Source: Octopus bimaculoides (lineage: Eukaryota). From it: DNA of 50,784 nucleotides. The position numbers and the translations under genes are program-made. The stretch covers positions 150,295,351 to 150,346,134 of the forward strand of contig NC_068983.1 of assembly GCF_001194135.2 (NCBI RefSeq), given 5' to 3'. The notes under the pieces were generated by a model. It made no database searches, had not been told where the DNA came from, and saw nothing but the letters and a program-made list of their open reading frames with translations. Each line of letters begins with the position of its first letter. The stretch's first letter is position 1. Below, one piece after another: positions 10,211 to 22,129 of the stretch.

Positions 10211-11147
10211 AGTTTTCAATAAATCCTGGCCTGCGGACAAACTATTCTTTTGTTGGTGCTGTAGAACAGTAAACGTCCGGGGAACCGAATCATTATGCTT
10301 TCTAGTTCCTAGCTGAAATTCAGTTCTCTCCCACTGCTAAATTATCTTGATAAATTAATGAACGTTACATTTCATTCTCTTCTTCTACAATTAATATGTA
10401 CGCGGTCGCACACGAAGATGAACTGCCAGACTGACTAACCTTTTCTACAAGAAGATGAAACTTTTAGTGGTGATCCACTTTGCCAAGAAGAGTTGTATAA
10501 GACGGTTCAAGAATAGGAAAACACCTGCTAAATCGAATCGTGATCGATATCGATTCCCTCTGGAGTTAATTTGCCTCTTTGTATTTTTAACACTCCGTTT
10601 CAAAAATGTGAATGCCTCACACCAATTAAAAATGAAGACTTTTTACCTACCATTAAACACATATAGACGGGCACTAACCAAAGAAATTTTCGGTTCTTTG
10701 GAGACAGGTTAAATTCAAGTAGTTGGAGAGACATAACGTACATACTATAGTGACAAAATATATAATCAATCAAAATTATACTCATAAATACAGATAGTTT
10801 TATCTCTCTCTGTAGTTGATAAACCCACACATGTATACCTTCATTATGCGAGTACATTTCTCGCAAAGCAGGATTATTTCATTTTTGTTGTCGATTTTTT
10901 TACATTAGCATACATAATACTTGAAATCCACTGACGAAGAAATATGAGAGTGTTTATGTCTTTCTCAAGGGAATTAGTTATAAATTCTAATAAATGGTAA
11001 TGTCTCTAACCGGACGTCTTACTTAACTGGGTCACGAACTCGGCGTGCTTGGAATTAATTTTTACTTACTCCTACACTTGACACTGACGAGAGAAAAATT
11101 TTGTAATTGTTTATTTTTGTCACTGAGTAACTAAGTACTAAAGCGGT

Positions 11148-11648
11148 AAATATTTCGTAAAGGACCCGTTCGTACCTCAGTGTGAAATAATTTTTTTCCA
11201 CGGTTTTTTCAAGTATCTGATCCCCAAACCGGCTGCAAGCCACTTTTTTCGGGAAAAGAAAGGGGGAGAGGTGTCGAGGACCTCTGAGTTTCCCCTACCA
11301 ACGGCGTTTTGTTTAGCAGGTTTTTGTTTTTCTTTTCCAGGTTATTTCGCATAGTTTCAGTGAATGTGACATCGAAATCACGTGTAAACGGCTCCTTTCC
11401 CTAGAAAAGAAAGATTTGGCTGCTATTTCTAGCACGCCCTGCTACTATGTAACAGCTATTTGCGATAAAGGACCCACCGATATTTCGTTCTGAAATAATT
11501 TTTTGACTCCTCCCCACTTTCTTTTCTGAGAAAAAGTGACTTGTGGCGAGCTTGGAGGTCAGATACGTTGAAAGCACTCGAAAAAACCTGTAGAAAAAAA
11601 ATCATTTCACACCGAGGTACAAATGGATCCTTTATTATTTATGAATAA
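11148..11648. mobile_element. Non-autonomous TIR element (~120-bp TIRs)
   Basis: Left taaaggacccgttcgtacctcagtgtgaaataa... is the reverse complement of right ...atcatttcacaccgaggtacaaatggatccttta. A rearranged relative lies at ~31065-31400. Confidence 0.75.
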
Positions 11649-11889
11649 AGTATCAAGTTGGTATTGGTATATGAATTAAATATATTACTGCTAAGATAAT
11701 GTAACTGCGTGGCTTCGTTGAACTTTGGGACAGTGTTGTAATGTTTCTGAATGAGAAGCAGCTTGGAGAGGTAATCCTAGTAGCCAAATATGATTATATT
11801 CTACCTTAGAGATATATTTTGAGAAGCTAATTTTGCAAAAACAAACAGCTACAAGGTAAAAATACAAATATTTTAATTTGCAAAGAGGC

Positions 11890-13031
11890 TACTAGTTCTT
11901 TCCTTGAACTTAATTTCTTCAGTATAAATACTGGGTGTAAGAAGTTGATGCATTTTTAACCCTTGCAGCAATTAATGAGGAACTGCAAGACAATGATATT
12001 TTAGGGTACATTGAGCAATTGAATAAATTGCACAACGATATGGAAATTAGGTTTAAAGACCTCCTGGAAATGAATATTTCAAGTTGGGTGGTAGACTCAT
12101 TTGGAACAAATACATTTAATGTTGATATCAAACTACAAAAAAAAAAAAACACTTTAAGTTGTAGAATAATCAAACTGCTCAAATTAAATTTAATCATAGA
12201 TTCAATAACTAATGGACAACATGTGAAATTGCTATGAAATCTCCTTCATTGTCTTTCCCACATCTTACCTAGTTGGGTCAAGAAATTGTAGAGATGATCT
12301 TTATTTGTCTCTAATAACTATGGACACTGCTATTGGAAAACTGTTTTAGCCACAAGGGCTTCACTGGATAAAAAGGTAATATATATATAGTTTTTATTTT
12401 GATNNNNNNNNNNNNNNNNNNNNNNNNNNNNNNNNNNNNNNNNNNNNNNNNNNNNNNNNNNNNNNNNNNNNNNNNNNNNNNNNNNNNNNNNNNNNNNNNN
12501 NNNNNNNNNNNNNNNNNNNNNNNNNNNNNNNNNNNNNNNNNNNNNNNNNNNNNNNNNNNNNNNNNNNNNNNNNNNNNNNNNNNNNNNNNNNNNNNNNNNN
12601 NNNNNNNNNNNNNNNNNNNNNNNNNNNNNNNNNNNNNNNNNNNNNNNNNNNNNNNNNNNNNNNNNNNNNNNNNNNNNNNNNNNNNNNNNNNNNNNNNNNN
12701 NNNNNNNNNNNNNNNNNNNNNNNNNNNNGCAAAAAAATTGGCAAAAATCGACATTTTGAAATCAGTTAAAAATTTTTCCAGAAATTTCTTTTTTCAAAAT
12801 ATGCGGAAAAATACGGAGATTATGATTCTGAAAAAAATTTCTAAAAATTTTTGTACTTAGGATTAGGGTTTTAGAGTTAGGGTTAGGTTTGGGGTTTTAG
12901 GGTTAGGGTTACGGAAAAAAGTGAAAAAAATGAAGAAATTGTGGGGGAGGGGAAGGGAGTAAAAAGTTTCAAAATGCCAATTTTTGGCAATTTTCCAGAA
13001 TCTCTGTATCCGAAAACGGGGGTTTTTGGCC

Positions 13032-13067
<36 letters not shown>

Positions 13068-13428
13068 TTGCAAGAAAAAACATTTCTTATAAATTTTTGT
13101 TCAAAAATCGTTTTTTATCAATATTTATTCAAAGAAAATTTCATGATAATAAACTAATTTTTAAAAAATTAATATTTATAATTTCATGTTCATTTGATAA
13201 AGTTTACAAACTTTATTATATGAAGTTTTAAATTTTTTCAAAAGTGACCGGTTTCTACTATTAACCCATCCATTACAAAATTGAAGTACTTTTTCATGTC
13301 CTACTTTTTCATGTCCTTTTTTCATGTCCTACTTTTTCATGTCCTACTTTTTCATGTCCTACAGTTCACAGATAAATTAAAGATTCCAAGGAGGCGGGCA
13401 TATGCAAAAAAGGGTTGAGAAGCACTGG
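11890..13428 (+). mobile_element. hAT (Charlie/Buster-like) transposon 3' remnant
   Basis: YIEQLNKLHNDMEIRFKDLLEMNISSWVVDSFG resembles the C-terminus of Buster/Charlie-type transposases. Terminus aaaaagggttgagaagcactg (13408-13428) resembles Charlie TIRs. Interrupted by a gap and a nested element. Confidence 0.65.
12729..13362. mobile_element. Nested non-autonomous element with degenerate (TTAGGG)n and 15-bp subterminal tandem repeats
   Basis: ttaggattagggttttagagttagggttagg...ttagggttagggtta (12857-12911) and ~5 copies of tactttttcatgtcc (13287-13361). The left end is hidden in the gap. Confidence 0.55.
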
Positions 13429-13961
13429 TCTTGTATAAGATGATAATGTGTGATTTAAGGGAAACTTAGCTGCTATTTCTAGCAAGTCGTGTGGGAGAGG
13501 TATGAGGTTGTGACGTTCATAACTTTCAAGTGTATCAGTACAATATAATTGAAGTGAAATGGATCGAAGCTGGAATAAAAACTAGCCTGTTGACTTAACT
13601 CATTGAGAACTTGTATCTTAAAGTGCTCACCAATCCTGTATTAGTGTACTATTCTAATGTATTGGGTTGCTACTATTCAGCCCTATGTTAGCTTTAAGCA
13701 AACCAATGTTGACCATTCTGTTTTATTAGTGCCTTGAGTTTTTTTCCTTGGTGATTGTAGTTCTTTTATATTCTTTATAAACCTATTGGCTGCACAAGTA
13801 TTATGGTAAGGATTTGTTTAATATGTAGGCTTGTTCGAAAATGGCTGATTGTAACTCCATAGGACACATTTGTTTTGCACGTGAAATAATTGTAATTAAC
13901 TCGAATTATTTAAATTTCATTGTTTGATGGAACATAAGGCAGTAGTAGGTTTACAGAATCA

Positions 13962-14880
13962 CTACGAGGTTGACCAAGATACTCACATGAGCTGTGACCA
14001 AATGAGGTTTATTTTTCAATGCAGTCCTCCTTGAAATCCATACACTTCTTCCATCGGTATTGAAGTGCTTGGATGCCATTCGTGAAAAAAGCTTTTATCC
14101 TTTTGGTCAAAAAGTATTCAACTGCAGGTATGATATCATCACTGCGATACTGGTTCCCAGGCAAGCTATTTCATGTTGGCAAACAGATGATAGTCAGATG
14201 GAGCTAAATCCGGAGAAGAGGGAGGGTGATCAACCAGTTCAAAGCCACAGTCACGCACAGCAGCTACTGAAATGAAGGGCTTTTGTGTTGGAGCATTTTT
14301 CCTGATAAAACAAGACTCCTTTTGTTAGTTTCCTGGGCGTTTGATATTGATAGTCTTTCGTAACTGCCTCAGCAAATTGACATATTACTCTTCATTGATG
14401 TGGCCCTTTTAAAGATAGTCAATAAACACAATACCTTTTGCATCTGAAGCCATCACCTTCACTGCAGATAAAACAACTTTGATCTTGTTTGGAGTAGATG
14501 AGGAGAGCTATTTCCACTACATGGATTGTCTCTTTGTCTCTGTGTCAAAGTGATGAAACCAACGCTCATCCTGGCTAAGGAAATGTTCAAGGAAACCAGC
14601 TGGATCTGCTTCAAGCACTGTCAGATTTTCCCATGATGTGATCAGCCTGGTATGCTTTTGATTGGGTACCAGAAGTTGTGGAACCCACTGAACATAAACC
14701 TTCATCATGCCAACTTCATTGTGCAAAATATTCTCAACTCTTTCACAGAATATGCTAATTAGCATTTTCTATTTGATTTATTGGCAATCGTGTCAGCATG
14801 AATGTTTTGGAGAGTAAACCCTTTCCCTGCAGGTACTTGATAGCACTATGACATCAAATTTGTCAATTTTCAAAAGAAGT
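13962..14880 (-). mobile_element. Mariner (DD34D) transposase pseudogene
   Basis: ORF 14517..14765: WVPQLL (WVPHEL motif) and SQDERWFHHFD. SPDLAPSDYHLF at ~14175-14215. TACGAGG TIR-like start at ~13963. Confidence 0.85.
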
Positions 14881-15675
14881 CACTACGAGTTACCTTTGAA
14901 GTCCTCTTTGAACAGTCAGATGTTAGTTTACCTGGAGATGTTAGTTTACAATGCAGTTATTAATAAGACTGAAATTAATGTATGCAAAATTTCACAGCCC
15001 TAGACACTAGCTTAGCTACAGTGTGTGCCGCCTGGGGCAGCCCTTCTGTTTACTGCCTCCAGACTCCACAAAAAACACATTGCCTACAGCAGACCCAAAA
15101 GTGCCACCTGGGGTGGACTGCTCTTACCTCCCTGTTGAATTTTTCAACCTACCCTTGTGATATTTAGTTACAGACCTTTTATGTTTTGAGTTCAAACCTT
15201 GCCAAGGATCTTTCTGCCTTTCTAGAGTCAATAAAATAAAGTATAAAGTGCCAGTCAAGCACTAAATTTGGTTGTTCAATATTGATTTCTTACATTTTCA
15301 AAAGGCCACCAAAGCCAAATATGTGTTGAGTAAATGTATAGATGAGTAGATTGACTGGCTATAATACAGTGCTAGTATTTATTTTATGATGTGTAGTAGA
15401 ATGGCAGGTGAAGTTACCCTTCCATGGGGTTGAATAATACACCTAAAAAGAAAAAACCTGAAAAACAACTAGTTAAGCAGTCTATTATTCATCATTCTAT
15501 CCTGATGTGATTGGTGGTCTCAATTTTTATTTACTTTAACCCTTTTTATGCTAACCTGCCTGATGCTACCCTCGATTCTATGATACAAACATTCCTGTTT
15601 AAGTGATCTGAAATAAAATCTTACATTAAAATTTCATGTTTATCTATATCTATCTATTTATCTATATATCATCAT

Positions 15676-15935
15676 CATCATCGTTTAACGTCCGCTTTCC
15701 ATGCTAGCATGGGTTGGACGATTTGACTGAGGACTGGTGAAACCGGATGGCAACACCAGGCTCCATATATATATATCATCATGATGATGATGATGATCAT
15801 CATCATCGTTTAACGTCCACTTTCCATGCTAGCATGGGTTGGATGATTTGACTGAGGACTGGCGAACCAAATGTCTGCACCAGGCTCCAATCTGATCTGG
15901 CAGAGTTTCTACAGCTGGATGCCCTTCCTAACGCC
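15676..15935 (-). repeat. Two tandem RTE 3'-tail fragments separated by (TA)/(ATC) repeats
   Basis: catcatcatcgtttaacgtcc.ctttccatgctagcatgggttgga occurs twice. The same tail also appears at ~17640-17810, 22380-22560, 26905-26957, 29990-30170, 38900-39050 and 44450-44720. Confidence 0.85.
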
Positions 15936-15937
15936 AC

Positions 15938-15985
<48 letters not shown>

Positions 15986-18869
15986 ATAATAACAAAATAA
16001 GGGGACATAAAAATTTTACATTAAAGAGTAGAATGTACAATTTCCTGTAAGTCTGACGGCCTTGTGGTCCCAGCAGACAAAATGGAAAAGGTGTTGCCCT
16101 GGAGGATGGTGAGAGAGAATGATGCACTGGAACAGTCACTCTGACTCACAGAGCTTGAACAGACATTTCCATCCCAATAGTGGTGAGCATGGGTATGGTC
16201 TGGGTGCTGAGAATGCTGGCAGTCTCCACAAAGTTATTTTTCTAAATTTTTCATTATTTTCAAAATTAATTGAAATTGTAGGCAGTATATTACAGCAGAA
16301 TCAAGTCCAAGAATAAAAAAAGAATTTAGTGTATGTTGATTACAATGAAAAGTTATGACCTAAACCCACAACTATTTGAAAACCATAACTATTTACAGTT
16401 TTAGTTTATCCACACAGTGACACTTAGTGGTTAAGTAGTATTTAATTTCCATTAGAAGTTTGACATTGTTCTTCATGTCTTTGTAGCTATTAAAAAGTCC
16501 ATATTCTGTATCACTTGTTGATAGGAAATATTGTGTCTTTGGAAGTATTTGTGAGAGCTTTTTATATGGTTAATCTGCAACGTTGTTGAATCTAAGAAGA
16601 TATATATTCAAGACTGCTACATGACTCTCTTCAAATTAAGAAGGATGTCTCCACAATCACTTGATTAGTAAGAAATTTCTACTAATTTTTCCTGAAATAT
16701 TATTACCCTACTGTCTTAAAAATGAATAAATATATCAGATAAATTTAACCCAAATATCTGTGTGCCACTCAGAGTTAACCTGAGGCTTACCCAAGGTCAT
16801 CCCTGATGGACATGCAAAATAATACTAACAATGTCTGTCTCCTTATTTTAGTTTGCTTATAATTAATTAGCAATTAGTCCTAATTCATGGTTCAGTAAGT
16901 AGTAGTAAGGAGAGCATCCACCTGTGGAAATTGCTACTCTGACAATTTTCCAATTTTGAAATTTGCAGAATTATACTACCCAAGCCAGTACTATAGAGGA
17001 AAAAAAAAAGATATAGATGTAAAGCTGTTTATCCTTTCAAGTATTTATATAGTAAGATTTCCAGTGTTTGTGTTTTGTCTATTTTTTTTATTTCATAGCT
17101 GTGATATATGTAGTTTGTGAAATTTGTAATTATTTTTCTATTTTTTAAATATTTTTACACTTAAAGAATAATTACTACATAGATGAGAATAGACTTATGC
17201 AATTATAAATACCCTTGATCACTACAATGTTAGGTGTTTAAGTGCTGGAGAAAGAGGTCAACTACATCATGAATCCAAAATAGATTACATGTGCCAAGAA
17301 AGCATGTTAAGTACCACTGTCTCGAAGTTAACTCAACCCCACCAACTGTAAAGTCTAATCATAGTCAGTCTCCTCTTTTAAATAGTTGAGAAAAACAGGG
17401 AGAGTTATTAATGTGCTGTTATGAATAACATTTGACCTAATGCTTTCTCAGTGCGTAGCTCTGTCTTTCTCACTGAAGATATGTTGATGAATGAGTTACT
17501 GAGTACAACTGTAATCTGTTGACCTATGTTTATCTTAACAAAGACCCTTTCATACCTTTCTAAGCAACCACTCCCTTGACACTATAAAAATCACCTACCC
17601 AGTGCCTTTGAAACCTACCTTCATTATCATCATCACCATCAACAACAATAACATTTAACATCCATTTTCCATGCTGGGATGGCTTTGATGGCTTGACAGG
17701 AACTGGTAAGGCCAGGAGTTGCACCAGGCTCCATAGTCTGTTTTGGCATGGTTTCTCCAGGTCAATGCCCTTCTTTAATGCCAACCACTTTACAGAGTGA
17801 ACTGTGTGGATTAATTGACATAATTAAAAAATAATAAATTGAAATTGATTTTTGAATATATTGATTTCAAACAAAAGGTACAAAAATAACCAAAATTAGA
17901 AATGTGTAAGGTTGATTTCATTGACTCCAATACTAGGCTGTTATTTATCCCATTGAACCTGGAAGGATGAGGGGAAAAGTTAGACCTCAGCAGGATGTAA
18001 CTAAACACCACAAGGCTCTTTGATACTGCCAGCTACTAATCTTTAATTTCTAAATATATTAAAATTCCAGTTGATTTTTTTTAAAGACAAGTAACCATCC
18101 TAACTCTTACCCAGATTTGTTGATATCTAAAATAAATATGATCATATGAATTCACTACATTTTGAATAAATTTCTTTAATCTTCAATTGGTTTGTGAATG
18201 CTGGTTGTCTGACAATTACCGTATCCAAGCAATTTTAGAAGAAGCTTCATAAAGATGAGCAAAAAAAAANNNNNNNNNNCAAACAAGAACCAGAAATAAA
18301 AATTTTATTCTTACATATATATTTTAATTTTCTTGGAAAACGTTTTTTTTTTCCAAAATGCTATCCCAATTTATATAATTACTCTAAATGAATTATTTTT
18401 AAAGTCAGTAACTTTTATAGTCAGTCTCTATTCCAACACTTAGGATTATACAACATTCTTAGTTTTTTTAATTTCTTTTTCTGTTTGATGCTAAAACGAG
18501 TAAATTTCAGAAAAAAGTTACATGGCCTATAACCTTTAATAAGCTATACCCTTGTGCAAAATTCCAGCTACCTTGGTACAAAATTGTGACCTACAACTTC
18601 ATGCGTACATACATTCACCATTAAATATAAAGATAATCAATGACTTTTCCAAAGGTTAGTGTCCTTGAACAGACTAAGATACCATATTTAACACTATTTC
18701 AGTCCAGTTTAATTAATTTTAATAAAATCAATGAACTTGACTATGTGAGACCAACTTTCCAAAGTCTAGTATTTATTTAGTGTCTATCTTGGATACTCTG
18801 ACTTAAATCAGTGATAAATAGCTTACCAAAGTCTAGTAGTCGTATAACAATAGTTTTAAATGTCACACT

Positions 18870-19800
18870 TAGTCATTAGCAATGTAACTTTCACCCATAC
18901 TCTTCTTTCTATAAATTAATTACCTTCTTACTGTCATCTCTAATAACTCACACTTCTCTGCAGTTGATGTCAGTCTTTATTGCTCTTTAACCTCGCAGCA
19001 ACCTAAAAATCTTGTTCCAGTTTTGCTTCTATGACCGAAGATTTCAATATCTTGCAAGAAAAGCTGCCTTCAGACAATACATCTGGCATATTCACTACAC
19101 AAATCAAAGGATCTTCTGGCACCACATTTTCTGTACACATTGACAGCACTCAAAGCCTTCAAATGTACAGCAAATGCCAACTCCCACAATCTACTCTAAT
19201 AATCTTGCATCTCAGCATCATATATTTAAAGTAGGTATACCAGTTTTCATGCAGCAGGTATCCATGGGTGGATTTTTTTTCCTAGACATTCACACGTATA
19301 ACATTGTCAAAACTGCATCACATAGACTAGACTTCTTGCAGCAGAAAACAGTTGATCCATTGTCATTTGTGTTACCTTTACAAAACTGAAGTAAGAGCCA
19401 CATTGGCATATTGTTGCCCACACCTGGAATGGTAACAGTTCATCCATTGTCATTTGTTTTACCTTTACAAAACTGAAGTAAGAGCCACATTGGCATATTG
19501 TTGCCCACACCTGGAGTGGTATTACTGTTACACACTTAGGTATCCTAGACAACATCCAAAAAAGAAAAAAGACTGATCATCAAAGATTCATTCCTCAACA
19601 TGGTACAAACTTTGGCTCACAAGCATAATGTTTCTTTACTATTGCTAACCTTTGGAATTTCCTTCTCATCCACATTTTTTTCTGCAGATATTAACCTACA
19701 GGATGTTCAAACTGAATGTCAGTCACATTAATTTCACCGATTTAGGTCCTCTAAAGGTCACAAGAACACTTCTTCCTTAGCGGCCACTCTGAAATATTTT
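18870..19800 (+). mobile_element. CR1/L2-group LINE RT remnant
   Basis: SPILFFL*INYLLTVISNNSHFSAVD (degenerate YADD); NIVKTASHRLDFL; LYKTEVRATLAYCCPHLEW; HLGILDNIQKR. Contains an 87-bp tandem duplication. Confidence 0.7.
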
Positions 19801-20160
19801 GTTTAAATAATGTAAATTACCCAGGCCATAATTGTATTCTTCATTTTTTTTTTTATATATATATAAGTCTAAGTCCTTTAGCTACTGGAGACAAGGTTGG
19901 ACAAATGTTATGCTGATGATGCCCATTGAAGCAGAAACACACGCCCACAACTGTCTTATTTTCAGACACTAAGCCTGTCCTTTTCCTTTGTCGCTTGTCA
20001 GCTTTGGAGAATTCTTGTTTCTGGTGATTATCTCTCTTTCTCACTGGCCCTGAACTAACTGGGTGATATTATTTACATTATTTACATTTGATGGATATTT
20101 GTCCTCATCTTGTTTGTTGTTAACACAATGTTTTGGCTGATATAGCCTCCAGCCTTCATC

Positions 20161-20813
20161 CATACAGTGTAAAGAGAGGGATTGCTCAGTGCCTAAAACA
20201 TCGAGCGAAGAAAATAAGTAGCAATGTTGATAACCACCACGAAGAAATTATCAAACTAAGTAACAACTACCCCAAAAACATACTACCCACTTCAATTATG
20301 AAGAAAGGAGAGGATGAAACCAATAAACTGCCCACAGTCTGTCTACCCTATGTGAAAGGCCTCTCCGAAAAGATACAAATGATATGCGGCCCATATGACA
20401 TCAGGACAGTATTCAAGAGTAATATAACACTTCGCAAATATCTCCTTCAAGTAAAACCACCAATAGAAGAGAATATGACCAAAGACTGCGTGTACTCCAT
20501 CCCATGCAGCTGTGGTAGGTTATACAAAGGTGAAACATGCCACCCCATCAAAATAAGAGTAGACGAACATTCTATGACACAAGGAGATATTGATAAATCA
20601 GGTATAGCTGATCATGTATGGAAAAATGGAGACCACCTCCCGCTGTGGGATGAAGTTAAAATAATAGATAGAAAACATCACTGGAAAATACGAAAACTAA
20701 AAGAAGCAGCACATATGTTAGGACACAACAACCTTCTAAGCAGACTGAGTGCAGATATGAGTAGCATATGGAAACCGGTATTAAGGAAGGATAGGAAAAT
20801 ATTAGATTTGTAA
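20161..20813 (+). pseudogene. PLE polyprotein C-terminus (RT thumb/linker and GIY-YIG endonuclease)
   Basis: ORF 20133..20813: VCLPYVKGLSEKI...VFKS...CVYSIPCSCGRLYKGET...RVDEH...SGIADHVWKNGDH.PLWDEVKII...RKLKEA. The first ~9 codons of the called ORF derive from the inverted segment. Confidence 0.88.
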
Positions 20814-20842
20814 GCCCTAAAATTCACTCCATAATTGCCCAC

Positions 20843-20914
20843 GGCCATATCGCGTAGTGGTTATGTGCACAGGCTACTAACCCCCAAGATTCCAAGTTTG
20901 ATTCCAGGCAGTGA

Positions 20915-20917
<3 letters not shown>
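20843..20917 (+). promoter_or_regulatory. tRNA-like Pol III internal promoter cassette inside the PLE 3' region
   Basis: A box-like tcgcgtagtgg (20850-20860), anticodon-like loop ctactaa (20874-20880), B box-like gtttgattc (20896-20904). Confidence 0.65.
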
Positions 20918-20955
<38 letters not shown>

Positions 20956-21002
20956 TTGAAAAATACCTTAGAAATGAGAACCCAGGTTCGAAATTTCCCC
21001 AA

Positions 21003-21045
21003 GACACCTGATGAAGGTTGGAAGGTATATCAGCCGAAACGTGTT
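21003..21045 (+). ncRNA. Minimal type I hammerhead ribozyme motif (this copy probably degenerate)
   Basis: gacac-CTGATGA-a-ggttg...cagcc-GAAAC-gtgtt. The inverted copy reads gatgaaggctg...cagccaaaacattgtgtt, implying a consensus GAAACGU-U-GUGUU that pairs with GACAC. Confidence 0.7.
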
Positions 21046-21699
21046 AACAACAAACAAGATGAGGACAAATGTCCGTCAAATGTAAATAATGTACATAATT
21101 CCTCATCTCTTAAATACAAAACAGTATTAAACTGGGTGATGTCTGGAAATCAGCCCTGTCAGACAATGTTAAGAGGAATTTTCTCCATGCAACAGAAGAG
21201 TCAGTCCTTTTATATGGAGCAACAACATGGAGACTTAGTAAAAAAACTGGAATCCAAGCTAGATGGGACTTACACTTGAATGTTAAGAGCAGTTTTAAAC
21301 ATATCTTGAAGAAATTGTCCCACCAAGAAACAGCTGTATGGAGATCTCTTGCCTGTCTCCGACAGTATAAGGGATAGGCGCTTATGATTTACAAGACATT
21401 GTTGGCAAGCTAAACAAAAACTGTTAAGGATGCCAAAGCATGGCTGTATTTGAGCTGGTCATCTGAACACAATATATGTAGATCAACTCACCAGAACCAC
21501 TGGATGTCTTCCTGAAGACCTCCTTTGACTAATGCAGGACCGAGATGGATGGCATGTGCAGGTCAAAAATGTCCGAGTAAGTTTGACCAGATGATGATGA
21601 TGTGCTAAGTCAAATAATGAATCTTAAAATTTTTACCAAGTCATACAAAAGTGTACAACTTAATATTAAATTACTGTTTTAATTATAAAACTTAAGCTA

Positions 21700-22095
21700 G
21701 GTGCAGGAGTGGCTGTGTGGAAAGTAGCTTGCTTACCAACCACATGGTTCCGGGTTCATTCCCACTGCGTGGCATCTTGGGCAAGTGTCTTCCACTATAG
21801 CCTCGAGCCAACCAAAGCCCTGTGAGTGGATTTGGTAGACGGAAACTGAAAGAAGCCCATTGTATTTATGTACATATATGTGTGTGTGTATGTTTGCGTG
21901 TCTGTGTTTGTTCCCTTAGCATTGCTTGACAAAAGTGGTGTGTTTATGTTCCTGTCACTTAGCAGTTCGGCAAAAGAGACTGATAGAATAAGTACTAGGC
22001 TTACAAAGAATAAGTCCCGGGGTCGATTTGCTTGACTAAAGGTGGTGCTCCAGCATGGTCGCAGTCAAAGGACTGAAACAAATAAAAAGAGTAAT
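21700..22095 (+). mobile_element. tRNA-derived SINE family B, full length
   Basis: ggtgcaggagtggctgtgtgg...ggttccgggttcattccc...(GT)n...gactgaaacaaataaaaagag, closely similar to 34802-35222. Confidence 0.9.
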
Positions 22096-22129
22096 GAGTA
22101 TTTTTTTCACATAGATTTTTAGATATTTT

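Larger units (their letters stand above)
20068..21129 (+). mobile_element. Penelope-like element (5'-truncated, inverted 5' pLTR segment, 11-bp TSD)
   Basis: GIY-YIG ORF. 20068-20160 is the reverse complement of ~21011-21100. TSD aactgggtgat at 20057-20067 and 21130-21140. Confidence 0.9.
20030..21602 (+). mobile_element. RTE/RTE-X-like LINE 3' remnant, split by the Penelope insertion
   Basis: Joining across the TSD gives SLALN*LGDVWKSALSDNVKRNFLHATEESVLLYGATTW...LESKLDGTYT*MLRAVLNIS...TKKQLYGDL. Ends in gatgatgatg. Confidence 0.75.

Noticed and set aside
12857-12911. True telomere or chromosome fusion site
   Set aside because: Short, degenerate, single-orientation tract inside a TE-like element.
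16050-16230. Possible DIRS-like RNase H fragment (HWNSHS...NSGEHGYG)
   Set aside because: Similarity is too short and weak to support without a search.
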